IMG/VR virus record: IMGVR_UViG_3300043470_000815
DNA length: 64,000 nucleotides
Strand: one strand, 5' to 3'
Source of the DNA: a virus
Positions 37,140 to 48,453 of the stretch are shown in pieces; the first letter of the stretch is position 1, and the number at the start of each line of letters is the position of its first letter. Below the pieces are notes generated by a model. It was not told the origin of the DNA. It made no database searches and saw nothing but the letters and a program-made list of their open reading frames with translations. The position numbers and the translations under genes were made by a program.

Positions 37140-37517
37140 TTAAAACTTGCTTAATCCAGTACACCCAATAATCTGTCCAGTTGCACGTGGATCGCTTGAA
37201 ATCGTTCCGTCCTCCCCTTTTCGCACCATCCCCGTAGGAACATATAAATCATCTGTACATCGACCATTTGCCAATGCTGCTTGTGCTGTAATGATTGAAA
37301 CGATTAATAGGTTGGTTGGGTCGTATTCGGGTAAATCAATGGTATCACCAAATGTTACTTTGGAAACTGGAATGTTTATACCACCAATAAACAATGGGTC
37401 AAGTTCAACGGCTGTTTGAGTTGCACGTGCGTTTCCACTTGATTGTAATGTGTATAAAAGATTAACACCTTGGTAGATGTTAATGGTGTGTGGTGTTAAA
37501 TTGATTAAGTTTGTCAT
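37140..37517 (-). CDS. conserved phage hypothetical protein
   Basis: INLTPHTIN..DLP..LIVS..DLYVP..VR..GQIIGCTGL, widespread small phage family (recall). Confidence 0.75.
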   Translation of the reverse strand: MTNLINLTPHTINIYQGVNLLYTLQSSGNARATQTAVELDPLFIGGINIPVSKVTFGDTIDLPEYDPTNLLIVSIITAQAALANGRCTDDLYVPTGMVRKGEDGTISSDPRATGQIIGCTGLSKF

Positions 37518-37819
37518 TTTATTTTTAATTTTAATTATTCAAAATATTTTTTAATGTCGGAATAGTTGGTAAAAACACCCTTTTCAACAAAACCCATCCT
37601 TGATACGGGGTGAATAGTAAACCAGTCTCCTCCCGATACATGACCTCGAACCGTATTTCCAAGTAATTCATAACTACAATGAGTTATTTCGGGGCTGTAT
37701 TTTAACAGCATGAATGCACAATAAGCGGAATCGGTTAACATTCCCCGCAATTCACATTCAGTAAATTGGTTGAGAATCTCAAATTGCTTTTTTTCCATAT
37801 TTTAAATATTTGTTAAATT

Positions 37820-38122
37820 TTATTCACAATTCATTATATCGCTCAAAGATTTCGCAGTTGATACTTCTGTAATCCATTGAGCAACTTCATCCGTAGATAC
37901 CCAACCTTTACATGTCCCATTACCAAATTGATAGGATTTATCATTTCCATCCCAAATAGCAATTTCGGCATCTGAACATTTAAATATATCACGTGGAGCA
38001 TTGAATGGTGATACCTCGAATGACCGATTTTGACAGTAATTACCTGCCCCCCATTGAATTGAAATGGTCAATCCGTTAGCAAATGTGAATTGAACACCTT
38101 GATTATAACAGTTTGTAAACAT
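37820..38122 (-). CDS. conserved phage hypothetical protein
   Basis: FTFANGLTISIQWGAGNYC..AEIAIW..GWVSTDEV. Confidence 0.75.
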   Translation of the reverse strand: MFTNCYNQGVQFTFANGLTISIQWGAGNYCQNRSFEVSPFNAPRDIFKCSDAEIAIWDGNDKSYQFGNGTCKGWVSTDEVAQWITEVSTAKSLSDIMNCE

Positions 38123-38157
38123 AATATTTTTAAGTTTAAATGTGAAATTTGATGTTG

Positions 38158-38209
38158 CAAAGGTAAGGGGGTGGGTGGGATTTTACAAGGTCATTAACAA
38201 CCTGTTAAC
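38158..38209 (-). promoter_or_regulatory. sigma70-type promoter (TACCTTTG)
   Basis: GTTAACAGGTTGTTAATGACCTTG-N~20-TACCTTTG. Confidence 0.75.
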
Positions 38210-38561
38210 TTTTTACATATTTTTCCAATATTTCCTTAACCGATGCAAAATGAAGGTATTTTCCTGCAATATCAGTTGTAATTTGTGTACCGTCGGGTAG
38301 GACTTGTATAACTCCCTTCCGTAGTGGTTCAGTATAACTTAAACGGGGACTTTTTAATCTAACACCATCTTGGTATCCAATTTCATTTCCACGTCGCATT
38401 CCACTATCTTGCTTTGAAACACCAATATATGTATATTGTTCCATTTCACCGACCTGATACGCATATTCATCAAGTACTACTTCTTCAAATTTTAGATTTG
38501 GTAATGATGATCTTTTAGTTTTTGCGGCTTCCAACGCCGCTTTTCGTTCTTCGATTGACAT
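38205..38561 (-). CDS. hypothetical protein
   Basis: 118-aa ORF behind promoter 38586. Confidence 0.7.
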   Translation of the reverse strand: MSIEERKAALEAAKTKRSSLPNLKFEEVVLDEYAYQVGEMEQYTYIGVSKQDSGMRRGNEIGYQDGVRLKSPRLSYTEPLRKGVIQVLPDGTQITTDIAGKYLHFASVKEILEKYVKS

Positions 38562-38585
38562 ATTTTTTATTGATTAATTATACCA

Positions 38586-38636
38586 CAAAGATACACCACC
38601 CAATCCATAAAACCAAGTCATTAACAAATGATTAAC
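38586..38636 (-). promoter_or_regulatory. Bacteroidota sigma70-type promoter
   Basis: GTTAATCATTTGTTAATGACTTG-N~20-TATCTTTG. Confidence 0.8.
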
Positions 38637-38925
38637 CTTTCAACACATTTTTAGTAGTTTTCCACGTATTATATTGTTCCTGCGAAATAGTTAATTCGAT
38701 TAGATCATTTTTATTGTAGTTTTCAGGCACATACGTCCAAAATTCATTGGGTTTCTGATTCTGTTCGATTACTATTTTCGATTGATTTTTCGGGATGTAA
38801 ATTTTGATTTGCATTGGTAATAGTTTTTATTAAATAAGTTTTTTGTTCTTTTAAAAGAATTAATTGTGATTCCAATTCATTTATTGTAAATTCGATTAAT
38901 CCTAATTCAGTGTATAATTCTTGCA

Positions 38926-39405
38926 TTATCGGGTTACTTTAATATTATACCCACCAACCAAATTCGCACAATTATAGCAAAGATACCGTAAATTTGACCT
39001 ATTAAAATTACGATCATCACCATCTATACAATCTAAAATTAGTGGTATTTGTTTTGTTAAAATATTTTGTTCTGAAAAACCACAACTTTCACATCTTGGA
39101 TCAAATAAACCTTCATCTAACAGCCGTTTTTCTAATTTTAATTTAGAATAGGTTGGGCGTAATCCATCCAAGATTGCATGAATATCCGTACCAAGGCGGC
39201 TCGGTTTTTTAGGTTTAAATTTACTTTTATGTTTTGCTCTTAAAAATTCGTAATAAGTTTTTCCTGTGGTGGATTCAAAATACATCAATGCGTATCGTTT
39301 CCACGTTTTGGTGGTTATCCGTAAAAATCTTGCTGCTTCTGAATTTGAACTGGAGTTCGTTGTAGCATAAAGAATTTCACGTTCGGTTAGCATTTCACGT
39401 GCCAT
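38926..39405 (-). CDS. HNH endonuclease with N-terminal HTH-like region
   Basis: CESCG..LILDCIDGDDRNFNRSNLRYLCYNC. Confidence 0.75.
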   Translation of the reverse strand: MAREMLTEREILYATTNSSSNSEAARFLRITTKTWKRYALMYFESTTGKTYYEFLRAKHKSKFKPKKPSRLGTDIHAILDGLRPTYSKLKLEKRLLDEGLFDPRCESCGFSEQNILTKQIPLILDCIDGDDRNFNRSNLRYLCYNCANLVGGYNIKVTR

Positions 39406-39676
39406 AATTCGTTTCAGTTAAGTGTAAAAACCATGTCGTTGTTGCATAAAAAATTGCACAAACAAAGTTATCTATAATATTATGTGTGACATCAAAAGGA
39501 TTGTAGTAAAAAGAAAATACAAAACCGATCCAAGTTCCTGTACACAACATGCAACTTAACAATGATTTAAAAAATCTAAGTTTTGTTCCAAAAAATTGGC
39601 GGATGGGACTGAAAATTACCGATTCAACAATAATCATGGTCAATCCAAAACAAACTAATATACAAAGTAATATCAT
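39395..39676 (-). CDS. DUF1360-like membrane protein
   Basis: IFSPIR..LLSCMLCTGTWIG. Confidence 0.65.
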   Translation of the reverse strand: MILLCILVCFGLTMIIVESVIFSPIRQFFGTKLRFFKSLLSCMLCTGTWIGFVFSFYYNPFDVTHNIIDNFVCAIFYATTTWFLHLTETNYGT

Positions 39677-39900
39677 TTTAATGAATTTCGTTGTTCGACT
39701 TTAAATGGTATTTGATACATAAACAATGTAGTCGTATATTTAGATATTTCATCTTTATGAATTTCCTTTATAAATTTCAATCCATTTATTTGTTCCATAA
39801 TTAAAGATGCTTGTAGTTCACTCCACCCAAACAATTCCTTTAAAATTGGTATTTTATCGGTTTTGCCGATATATAAATCTACATTATCTTTACAACACAT
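39673..39900 (-). CDS. hypothetical protein, weakly ClpS-like
   Basis: ILKELFGWSELQASLIM resembles the ClpS core; weak. Confidence 0.35.
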   Translation of the reverse strand: MCCKDNVDLYIGKTDKIPILKELFGWSELQASLIMEQINGLKFIKEIHKDEISKYTTTLFMYQIPFKVEQRNSLK

Positions 39901-40141
39901 TATGTTTGGCTTTTAATTGTTCGATTATTTTCAAATCTTCGTATTTTTGATGCTCTTTGGCATACGTTTCCAAATACGGTAAAATTTCTTTTTTAATGTC
40001 ATTGCCTATTTTTTTCTGCTTAGACACCATGTTTAGTACATTTTTATAAATAAAATCAAAGTTCATAGATAAAATATTTAATCAAATTTTTGAATCAAAT
40101 TTTAATTTGATCCTTTTTGATTTTTTCTTTGTTAATTTTAT

Positions 40142-40567
40142 TTAACGTTTTTTACGTCTTGATTCGTTTATTAATTCGCGTCCTAACAAGTAAATATCAA
40201 AACTTGATTTTTCAACACCTTTGGCTGGAGGCTCTTCGTCGGGTGCGGGTTCTTCATCTTCGGGTGCTGGAGGCTCTTCTTCGCTAGGTTTGGCAGCCTT
40301 TTTTTCGGGTTCGGGCGTAACTTCCGTACCATTCATTATTTTTTGTAAAAGTTCTAACGTAATAATGTTTTGACCAACCTGAATTTGTTCAATATCCGTG
40401 TATTGGAACGACGACGGACTTCCATTTGCGTCAAAAGCCACCCCTTCGTTTGGATCGTCAACATCAGATTCGTCGCTTAATGTCAACACTTCACCGTCCA
40501 CCGTGACAACAACATCTTTACCGATGTTTAGATATTGACGTAAATAATCACTATCAAAATAATACAT
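40142..40567 (-). CDS. hypothetical protein with acidic Pro/Glu-rich C-terminus
   Basis: 141 aa, EEEPPAPEDEEPAPDEEPP. Confidence 0.7.
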   Translation of the reverse strand: MYYFDSDYLRQYLNIGKDVVVTVDGEVLTLSDESDVDDPNEGVAFDANGSPSSFQYTDIEQIQVGQNIITLELLQKIMNGTEVTPEPEKKAAKPSEEEPPAPEDEEPAPDEEPPAKGVEKSSFDIYLLGRELINESRRKKR

Positions 40568-40832
40568 AAATTTTTATCCTATTTAATTTTGTAACAATAT
40601 TGTAATATACTAAAGAATTTTTCGATGGTATATGTTTTTCCGTTTTCTGTTTCTACTTTTAATAATTCTAGTTTGGTTGGGTGGTTCTTTATTGTTTTCA
40701 GTAAAATTTCATACCCTTCTTTTTTCGTAAAAGTATGCGTGTTGTGGCAGACATATTCTTTTAAATATTTTTTACCTTTTTTCATTTCACCCAATAAATA
40801 CTTACCATTTGGAAATATTAAGTAATAATTTA

Positions 40833-41723
40833 CTATATTTGGGTCTTTAACCATTCCAACACGTCGTATTTCGGCGAATAACCAAGTTTTTTTAAATTAA
40901 GTATTGAACCTTTCGTGTGTGGAGGCTCTTGTTTAGGTTCTAGGTAATTTACGTTGGTATAATGTGGAAATACACTTACAATTGTATTAATATCATAACT
41001 ACGACCAGTTGATATATTAAATATATTACTGTACATCTTAGAATCCAATACCAAATTCAATGCCTGAATAAAATCATTTATATGCGTAAAATCCCGTGTA
41101 TTTTTACCATCACCAAACACGTCTAATGGAATTTTGTTTCTATAATTTTCCAAGAAAATCTGCAATACCGTTGAATAACCACTTAATGAAGTCATTCGAT
41201 CACCATAAACGTTAAATGGTCGCACTATAAACGTATTCATTAAATAATTATCAGCGTAATATGTTACCAGTTCTTCTGCCATTTTCTTGGATAATGCGTA
41301 TGGGCTGGTTGGTCGTAAAATATGATGTTCACGCATTACGTCGTGTTTAGAAATTCTACCATAGACACTTGAAGATGAAACATATACAAATCTACCTTTC
41401 CAGTTTTGCAACGCATTTAGAACATTTACCAAATTACCAACATTATTTTTAATATATTTGTATGGGTCTTGGTAGGAGGGTTGAACACGTGCCGTTGATG
41501 CTAAATGGATAACTACGTCACAATCCCACAATATTTCTTTTATTTCGGAACTGTCCATTGTGCATAGATCATTGACATAATTTATTGCTAGGTGGTTGGT
41601 ATAATTACCCGTTGATTGATTATCAATTCCAACCACACTATGTCCATGAGCCAAATAATAATCAGTTAAATGTCCACCACAAAACCCCTGATTCCCTAAA
41701 ATTCCTATTTTCATTTTTAACAT
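40833..41723 (-). CDS. NAD-dependent epimerase/dehydratase
   Basis: GNQGFCG, HLAS, SSSSVYG, YALSK, RPFNVYG, RDFTHI. Confidence 0.92.
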   Translation of the reverse strand: MLKMKIGILGNQGFCGGHLTDYYLAHGHSVVGIDNQSTGNYTNHLAINYVNDLCTMDSSEIKEILWDCDVVIHLASTARVQPSYQDPYKYIKNNVGNLVNVLNALQNWKGRFVYVSSSSVYGRISKHDVMREHHILRPTSPYALSKKMAEELVTYYADNYLMNTFIVRPFNVYGDRMTSLSGYSTVLQIFLENYRNKIPLDVFGDGKNTRDFTHINDFIQALNLVLDSKMYSNIFNISTGRSYDINTIVSVFPHYTNVNYLEPKQEPPHTKGSILNLKKLGYSPKYDVLEWLKTQI

Positions 41724-42940
41724 TCGATTAATTCGTGTTCATAATGTGTTAAATCGTTTATCGTAACTTTCAAATTTCCAATCTGAAATTCGCCGAGTTC
41801 ATTGGTATCATTTATTATCGCACTTAAATTTTGAATATAATTAAAATCCAAATCATTAAATGTTCTACAATCAATTTCCACTAATATATTTGGAATTTCG
41901 GGTATATTGTAAAATTTATTACCAATATCAAATTGTGTGGATTGTTGAATATCGGTGATTATATCGTACACAATATTATCCCGAACGGTTGTAATTGTAT
42001 CAAACTTCAAAAAATCACACCAAGGCTCTAATAAATAAATTAAATCAATATTAGAATTTTTAATGTGGAAGGTTGTTTTAAATTGATGTTCGGGTGTTAT
42101 TGGGTAATGCCATTCATCGTGCATTGGTACAGATTTCCATTTACGAATAAAATTTTTCAACGATTTTAATTGTTGATTATCCCATTCCGTACTATTTGTG
42201 CCAACCTTCGTTAAAGTTGGATTCCAGCGACTTCCAGCACATGAACGATGATAAACAAATGATTCCCAACTTTGTATAAATTCACATCCATTTAAAAGTA
42301 ATCTATTCCACAAATCATCATCTTCACGGGAGGTTGGTCTAAATAATGAATCACAACCACCAATTGATAAATATTCGTCAGTTTCCATCAAATAAGGTGC
42401 AAAAATACCTTTCGTAATTAAATTTGTTTTTTCGGTAGAATTTACCAACATATCTACATAACTTTGTAGTCGAAATTCGTCTAAATCTTTTGGGTCGGTT
42501 GGTAGCCAGTCCAAACTAATTTTACACCGTTCGGGTGGGTGTAAACTTGCTGGTTCACATCTTGTAGCGGAAATAACTCGTTTGGGTTGCATATATTTCA
42601 GTAACCCATCCAACGATCCTTTTAACCAAACCATGTCAGCATGTGCAAGTACAAACAATTTTGTTTTTACACGTTCTACCAATGAATTGAATAAAATTAC
42701 ATGTCCCAATCTTTCAGGGCCGTCGTTGACAATATAATCAAAACGTTCATCAGATTGTTTTATTTCTTCCATCCAAAATTTACTACCATCCAAGACGCTA
42801 TAATCATCAGCACATAAAATATAAGGTTCTTTTCCTATATTTCTACGAATCGAGTCATAAGCATATTTTAAAAAGTGTAAATTTTCCCTTGAAGGAATTA
42901 TAAACGTTACGTCGTTATTTGTATAAGTCATTTTTTTCAA
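41717..42940 (-). CDS. glycosyltransferase family 2
   Basis: TFIIPS, ADDYSxDG, HADM, REDDD. Confidence 0.85.
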   Translation of the reverse strand: MKKMTYTNNDVTFIIPSRENLHFLKYAYDSIRRNIGKEPYILCADDYSVLDGSKFWMEEIKQSDERFDYIVNDGPERLGHVILFNSLVERVKTKLFVLAHADMVWLKGSLDGLLKYMQPKRVISATRCEPASLHPPERCKISLDWLPTDPKDLDEFRLQSYVDMLVNSTEKTNLITKGIFAPYLMETDEYLSIGGCDSLFRPTSREDDDLWNRLLLNGCEFIQSWESFVYHRSCAGSRWNPTLTKVGTNSTEWDNQQLKSLKNFIRKWKSVPMHDEWHYPITPEHQFKTTFHIKNSNIDLIYLLEPWCDFLKFDTITTVRDNIVYDIITDIQQSTQFDIGNKFYNIPEIPNILVEIDCRTFNDLDFNYIQNLSAIINDTNELGEFQIGNLKVTINDLTHYEHELIEC

Positions 42941-43037
42941 AATTAAGAGGGTAGGTAGGAATTAACCCACCTAACCCCCAATTGAATTAAAAAGATCAAA
43001 TTAAAAATTTGATTCATAGTTTCTGCGAAGTGAATTA

Positions 43038-43505
43038 TTATTTGCTGATTGGAATTACTGGAATCTTTTCAGGTTCAGGTTCTTTCAATCGCGGTACGTT
43101 GATAGACAAGAGTCCATCTTCGTATGTACTTGTTAAATTGTTGTGGTCGAATCCGTGTGGAATTTTCCAAACAAAGTCAAAATCTTTGCGGATAATGCCT
43201 CGTTTTAGAACTTTCACGTCGGATTGTTCACTTTCTGTTTTACTACGTGTGTACTTAATATTTAAATTTCCACCCGATTTAGTAATATTAATATCTTCAA
43301 TATTACCTCGAATAATTGGAATTTCAAAAATCAGAAATTCGGGTGTTAAAATAACATCCATCGGGTACGATGTTTTCATATTTTCAGAAAACGGTGCGAA
43401 TGGTGTATCGGTTTGAAATGCGTCTTTGAACAATAAGTTCATTTCGCGAAAAAATGGATCGTTAAAGATTCCGTTGTGTTGGTTTGAATAATAAATTTTT
43501 GCCAT
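43038..43505 (-). CDS. small heat shock protein (Hsp20)
   Basis: YPMDV, RGIIRKDF, YEDGLLSINVP, IPI tail. Confidence 0.9.
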   Translation of the reverse strand: MAKIYYSNQHNGIFNDPFFREMNLLFKDAFQTDTPFAPFSENMKTSYPMDVILTPEFLIFEIPIIRGNIEDINITKSGGNLNIKYTRSKTESEQSDVKVLKRGIIRKDFDFVWKIPHGFDHNNLTSTYEDGLLSINVPRLKEPEPEKIPVIPISK

Positions 43506-43820
43506 TTGTTTTTACTTCCTTAGATAGTGTTTTAAAATATATAAGCAGAATATTCTGCCAGCAGAAACTAATAAATCAAATTTTATATTTGATCCTTTTT
43601 AATTTGATATTTTAAATCTTAATTATTATCATTATCACGATCACGGTTTACATCAGCCGTGAAATATTTGCTTAATAATGACTTTGGGATTGTTACAATT
43701 TCTTGATCCCACTCGGTTGGATACTTTTTCAAGCATTCAAGGATAATCCATTCCACCCCATCAAACGGTATTCCGCTTGGAACTTGAGTTTCATAAACTA
43801 CCACATACAAAGATTTGGTT

Positions 43821-44780
43821 TTAAGGTTTTGATAATATTTCTTCATAATTTTCCTTTATGGTTTTTATATAATTTTCTTTACTATAAATATCATTTGCAA
43901 CTCGAAAAGCATATTCGCAAACGTGATCGTAGAATAATTTATTTTTTGACAGGTGGTTGGCTGTTTTCCACACACTTTCCATATCACCAACCTCAAACGA
44001 TAATTCAGGATAACAAAGACGTTGTGTATCAATAACATTCCACCCTAAGCATGGAATTTTCAAAAGTGAACAATTTAAATTAAATGAACCTGCCGCTGCC
44101 TGACGCATTAAATGAACGGCGTATTTACATTTTGATAAATCATACATCCATTCATTCCAATTTTGATACGGGAGGTGTATTATATTGTCTATACTTCGTT
44201 CTTCGTCTTGTTTTCTACCCATTGACGGGACGTAGCATTGTTCGTTGAAAATCGTGGCTATAAGCATTGAATCTAATCCATTGTACCATTTGCCCATATT
44301 TCCACCAATCATTACACCATTCCGGTTGTGTGGTGCTGTTAATTTAGTTTTATCCAAATAGTCAGTAATTACTAAGGTTGGATTTATAAATACTAATTTG
44401 TCATTAAAAATTCCTTTGAAATATTTTACATCTATTTCATTGTGACAGAAAATTGCATCAACTTTAGAAACAAAATCAATATATTCCAATTGCGAATGTA
44501 CCGAATTGTCTTGAAAATTATCATGTGCGGCTTCTTGCATAATTGCGAGTTTATGACACACACCTTTCATTTTTACAAATGTATCGTGAGATAACAACGG
44601 TGAACGTTTTGGGATTATGTAAATTCCTAAATCAAAATGTCCACACTTTCCATAATCATGTTGATAAATATTTATATGGAACGCGTTTAAAGCAAAAACC
44701 CAATTGTTATCGGTTCGCCCCACATTTGGATAAGTTTGCATTCCGTTGTAGTTCGATTCACTAAAAAAAACTATTTTCAT
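43821..44780 (-). CDS. GT-B fold glycosyltransferase-like protein
   Basis: WNEWMYDLSKCKYAVHLM..GSFNLNC..IPCLG nucleotide-binding region. Confidence 0.7.
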   Translation of the reverse strand: MKIVFFSESNYNGMQTYPNVGRTDNNWVFALNAFHINIYQHDYGKCGHFDLGIYIIPKRSPLLSHDTFVKMKGVCHKLAIMQEAAHDNFQDNSVHSQLEYIDFVSKVDAIFCHNEIDVKYFKGIFNDKLVFINPTLVITDYLDKTKLTAPHNRNGVMIGGNMGKWYNGLDSMLIATIFNEQCYVPSMGRKQDEERSIDNIIHLPYQNWNEWMYDLSKCKYAVHLMRQAAAGSFNLNCSLLKIPCLGWNVIDTQRLCYPELSFEVGDMESVWKTANHLSKNKLFYDHVCEYAFRVANDIYSKENYIKTIKENYEEILSKP

Positions 44781-45438
44781 TTTATTGGTTTAAGTTCAAG
44801 TATATTTTTAGAAATATGATGTTCGATTTCCCACCCAAACTGTTTAATTTCTTGATTTAAATCGAATACATTCAACCGTCCTTCATATATCAACAAATTT
44901 GTATTTATAAAAAATATTCCATCATCTACATGATTTGAAATTATTTTTAAATTATGCGTTCGCATTGGGTTAATTGTGGAATAACCCGCTTGTTCAGGCG
45001 TTTTCATATATAAAATCTTTGATTTTATTTTTTAATTAAATTTTCAATTTATTTTGTTAATAAAATATTAGATTTTTGTATTTCTTTTTGAATCAGTGAA
45101 CAATATTCATACAGTTCATGCGTTTCACACAACTTTAATAATTTTTGTAATCCTTGTTCCCAACCATCCTCTTTAATTGTTAAAAATTCTTTAAATTCTT
45201 TTAGGTTGTAGAATAGGTTGGGTGGGAATATCAAAGTTTCATATTGTAATTTGGTCATATATTATTAATCGTAGTTCCTTTAGAGAATTGGTGGATTGGT
45301 TTAGTTGCAATACTTTATTCTTAAAAATATTTACACAATATAAATCATCATACATTTCGATATGAATATTATACTCATTAACTTGTAACAAATACAAATC
45401 GGTTTCTACACCTCCCAACCCCGTACAATTTTGATGTC

Positions 45439-46122
45439 TTAAACGCATTCTTTTAAAGTTTTAAATTCAATTGTGTAATTTTGAACTAAATGATCAATTG
45501 ACATTCTTAATTGATTGTAATTAGACTCGTTCCAAACATTGTGATTGTGCCTACCTGCTATGTGAGATTGAAACATTATCATATTATCGTTGTGAATGCT
45601 TATATTTTCCTGTTGTATTCCATCGTGACCAGTGAAAGTTATGAAGTTACTTCTTCCCCACCTAACTTCTCTACTATGTACTTCGTGTATAGCAGCATAG
45701 TCGAACTGTGTTGGGATTAATGCAGCAGTTGATTGACTTGTTAACCATCCGGGACTTCTCCACCCAACTGGTAATACACCTACTTCGTTCCACTCATTGA
45801 ACATCATTCGTAGTCTATCTAATGAAGTATCCATTGTGTTTAGTTCGGCAAATTCACATTCCCCGTATAATTTTGGGTTGGCAGTTTGGTGATAATGTCC
45901 ATGACAAGCAATTTCAAACTTTGGATCATTATTAAGTTCATTTATCCAACCTTTATGTTCGGATATAGGCCATTGACCGTGATAATTTGCCGGGCAAAAT
46001 AGTGTGAATTTTACCCCAAAATCATCATGTAATTTTTGCATCCATTTTTCTACTGGAGTGCCTAAAATCCTGTAATGGGGGGATGGATTTACGTCATCGA
46101 CGCTAAGCGTTATTTTTAACAT
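45439..46122 (-). CDS. polysaccharide deacetylase (DUF2334/NodB-like)
   Basis: SVDDV, KFTLFCP, CHGHYH, GWRSPGW. Confidence 0.8.
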   Translation of the reverse strand: MLKITLSVDDVNPSPHYRILGTPVEKWMQKLHDDFGVKFTLFCPANYHGQWPISEHKGWINELNNDPKFEIACHGHYHQTANPKLYGECEFAELNTMDTSLDRLRMMFNEWNEVGVLPVGWRSPGWLTSQSTAALIPTQFDYAAIHEVHSREVRWGRSNFITFTGHDGIQQENISIHNDNMIMFQSHIAGRHNHNVWNESNYNQLRMSIDHLVQNYTIEFKTLKECV

Positions 46123-46291
46123 TTATTAAAATTTAAAAAATAATCAATACATAATATTAATGTACTAAATGATACAAGTACCTTAAATATTAAATTAGTA
46201 ATTGGAAAATTCGGTGGGAAAAATATTATTAAAAATCACCCAATCACTAATAAAATTATGTAAATTGGTCTAAACGGAATGAATGTTGTTT

Positions 46292-46522
46292 TCATTTAAT
46301 ATTACGAATATTACTCACTTTGTTAGAAAAAATGTAAAAACTAACCACATAGATTTGATTACCAATTGTGTCTTCCATCATATACGGATAACCTTGACCA
46401 GCCAGTAGTGAAGTACTTGGCGAAATCACATATTTTGGAAATTGCTTTTGCAGTACTTCCATTTGCGTTACTGGTGACGTACAACCAGTAAAAAACAATA
46501 ATATTAATAATAATTTATTCAT
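46292..46522 (-). CDS. small lipoprotein
   Basis: lipobox FFTGC. Confidence 0.6.
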   Translation of the reverse strand: MNKLLLILLFFTGCTSPVTQMEVLQKQFPKYVISPSTSLLAGQGYPYMMEDTIGNQIYVVSFYIFSNKVSNIRNIK

Positions 46523-46843
46523 TTTCAGTAATAGTTTTTGATAAAATTTTTGCGTTTACAGCACCAATTGGTAAATATTGAATTGATAGGTATTTATTAC
46601 AATCGCCTTTTAAATACATTATACCATCACTGTCAGTTTTTATGATTACATTTTCCTTTGCAAATACTTTATATTCAATTGTGTCAATTAACCCCGTTGA
46701 ATATTTAACTTCGGCAAAACCTTGGGCGGTGGGTGGAGTTTTAAAAAAGCATTGTGAACATGAAATCACGATTAAACCTAAAAATAATTTACGCTTAAAA
46801 TGTTCAAAAGTATATACAATCATTATTATTAAATTTTTAATCA

Positions 46844-47167
46844 TTAAATTTCAAATTTTTTATATTCGTCAAAAAGGTCAATTAATTCTCTACGAAGTGT
46901 TACTCGTAAATCTTCATATTCATCTAATTCATCAATCCATTGTTGCTGGTTATTTTCAGTCGAAAATAAAACCATATCTTTGAATGAAAAATATCCAGCC
47001 CATTCATTGAATGAAAATTCTAAACCTTCAAACCAGTCACGATCACGCCCTAACTGTTCATTGATCTCTGAAATAATATCATAGATTTCATCGAGTGTTT
47101 TATCAAAAAATTTCATATATTTTTGGGAATTTAGTACGTGGGAATACATCAAAGATGCCTTCCTCAA
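46844..47167 (-). CDS. hypothetical protein
   Basis: acidic ~100 aa ORF. Confidence 0.6.
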   Translation of the reverse strand: MRKASLMYSHVLNSQKYMKFFDKTLDEIYDIISEINEQLGRDRDWFEGLEFSFNEWAGYFSFKDMVLFSTENNQQQWIDELDEYEDLRVTLRRELIDLFDEYKKFEI

Positions 47168-47519
47168 GTTCTACGTGAATACAATTATGAATTAATTCGT
47201 TATAATTTATATCAATTTTGCAGTTAGGATGTCCATATTGGGAAAACCCAACCACCCGAACAGGTGTTCCAGTTGGTGCAATATATTCGTCAAATTGGGT
47301 CGGATAAACTGGTTGTTTTATTTTTTCCAATTCATTTTGATCGAAATATGAATAAAACTTTACATTTTCTGTTATACAAGCAACTTGAGTACGTCCATAC
47401 TCGTTTGGTGGGGCGGACTGAATAAATTCCAATCCTAAAAATCCCATTGGTAATTTGCCGATTGATACCCGTTTTTCGTGAGTATCATTTAATTTGAAAA
47501 TTTCAGAATATTTTATCAT
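47103..47519 (-). CDS. hypothetical protein
   Basis: 138-aa ORF behind promoter 47544. Confidence 0.65.
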   Translation of the reverse strand: MIKYSEIFKLNDTHEKRVSIGKLPMGFLGLEFIQSAPPNEYGRTQVACITENVKFYSYFDQNELEKIKQPVYPTQFDEYIAPTGTPVRVVGFSQYGHPNCKIDINYNELIHNCIHVELEEGIFDVFPRTKFPKIYEIF

Positions 47520-47543
47520 TTATTTATCATTTTTAATGTACAA

Positions 47544-47595
47544 CAAAGATAAGTCGAATATTCATACTGTGCAATATCATTAACAAGTGATTAAC
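47544..47595 (-). promoter_or_regulatory. Bacteroidota sigma70-type promoter
   Basis: GTTAATCACTTGTTAATGATATTG-N~20-TATCTTTG. Confidence 0.8.
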
Positions 47596-47655
47596 AAAGT
47601 TATTTTTTAAAATAAAAAAAAGGATTGCTGTTTAGACAATCCATAATTTTTAAAA

Positions 47656-48102
47656 TTAATTATAACATATCGGAATTATTGGTCTTTCGGGTCTGTTTTC
47701 AAAATTTAAACTTTGATAACATTTATAATACTTAGTTTTATGTTTTCGGGTCGATTTCATGGTTGTTAAAATTTCACCTTCTTCAAATAGTCCTAACAAG
47801 AAATTTGTAATATTATCTTCTTTGTTGGAATAAAAATGAATAATGTTTTTAACTATCATATCATCAGGATCGTCAACAACGGGCATTTCGATGAAATCCA
47901 TCCCCACAACGATTTTGTTACCCGGAAAGATACTAATATCCATAATGTCATCATGTTTATATTCATTACTAAATAATAAATACACCGATTCATCAACATC
48001 AAAATCAGTATCCAATAGATATTTAAAAAACAAAATCTTTTGTTCACTATCTAAGTTATTATAAATAAATTGTAACTCTTCCTGACGGGTTTCATCGTTC
48101 AT
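47656..48102 (-). CDS. hypothetical protein
   Basis: 148-aa acidic ORF. Confidence 0.65.
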   Translation of the reverse strand: MNDETRQEELQFIYNNLDSEQKILFFKYLLDTDFDVDESVYLLFSNEYKHDDIMDISIFPGNKIVVGMDFIEMPVVDDPDDMIVKNIIHFYSNKEDNITNFLLGLFEEGEILTTMKSTRKHKTKYYKCYQSLNFENRPERPIIPICYN

Positions 48103-48453
48103 ATTATTTTAAATGTTAATTATCTATTCAAATTCAGTTTTCGCCAAAATACCGTTTTAGCACTTATGAATGTATCAATTATATGCGATTTTTCAAATTT
48201 ATTGACATCGGACGGTAATTTCAAAAATGAAATGTCTCCAGTGTCACATACATAATTTAAATTTTGAAGTGTTATTTTTTCATTCATTGTACCGATTTGA
48301 AACACTCCAACCACTGTATTATTTCCCTTTGTATCTAAATACGATTTAGATACATTTTCTAAAATAAAATCAATTGATGATACATACTTTCCTAATTTGT
48401 TGTTGGTGATGCCTACTGATAGGTTTACTGACATTTAATAGTTATTTAATGGA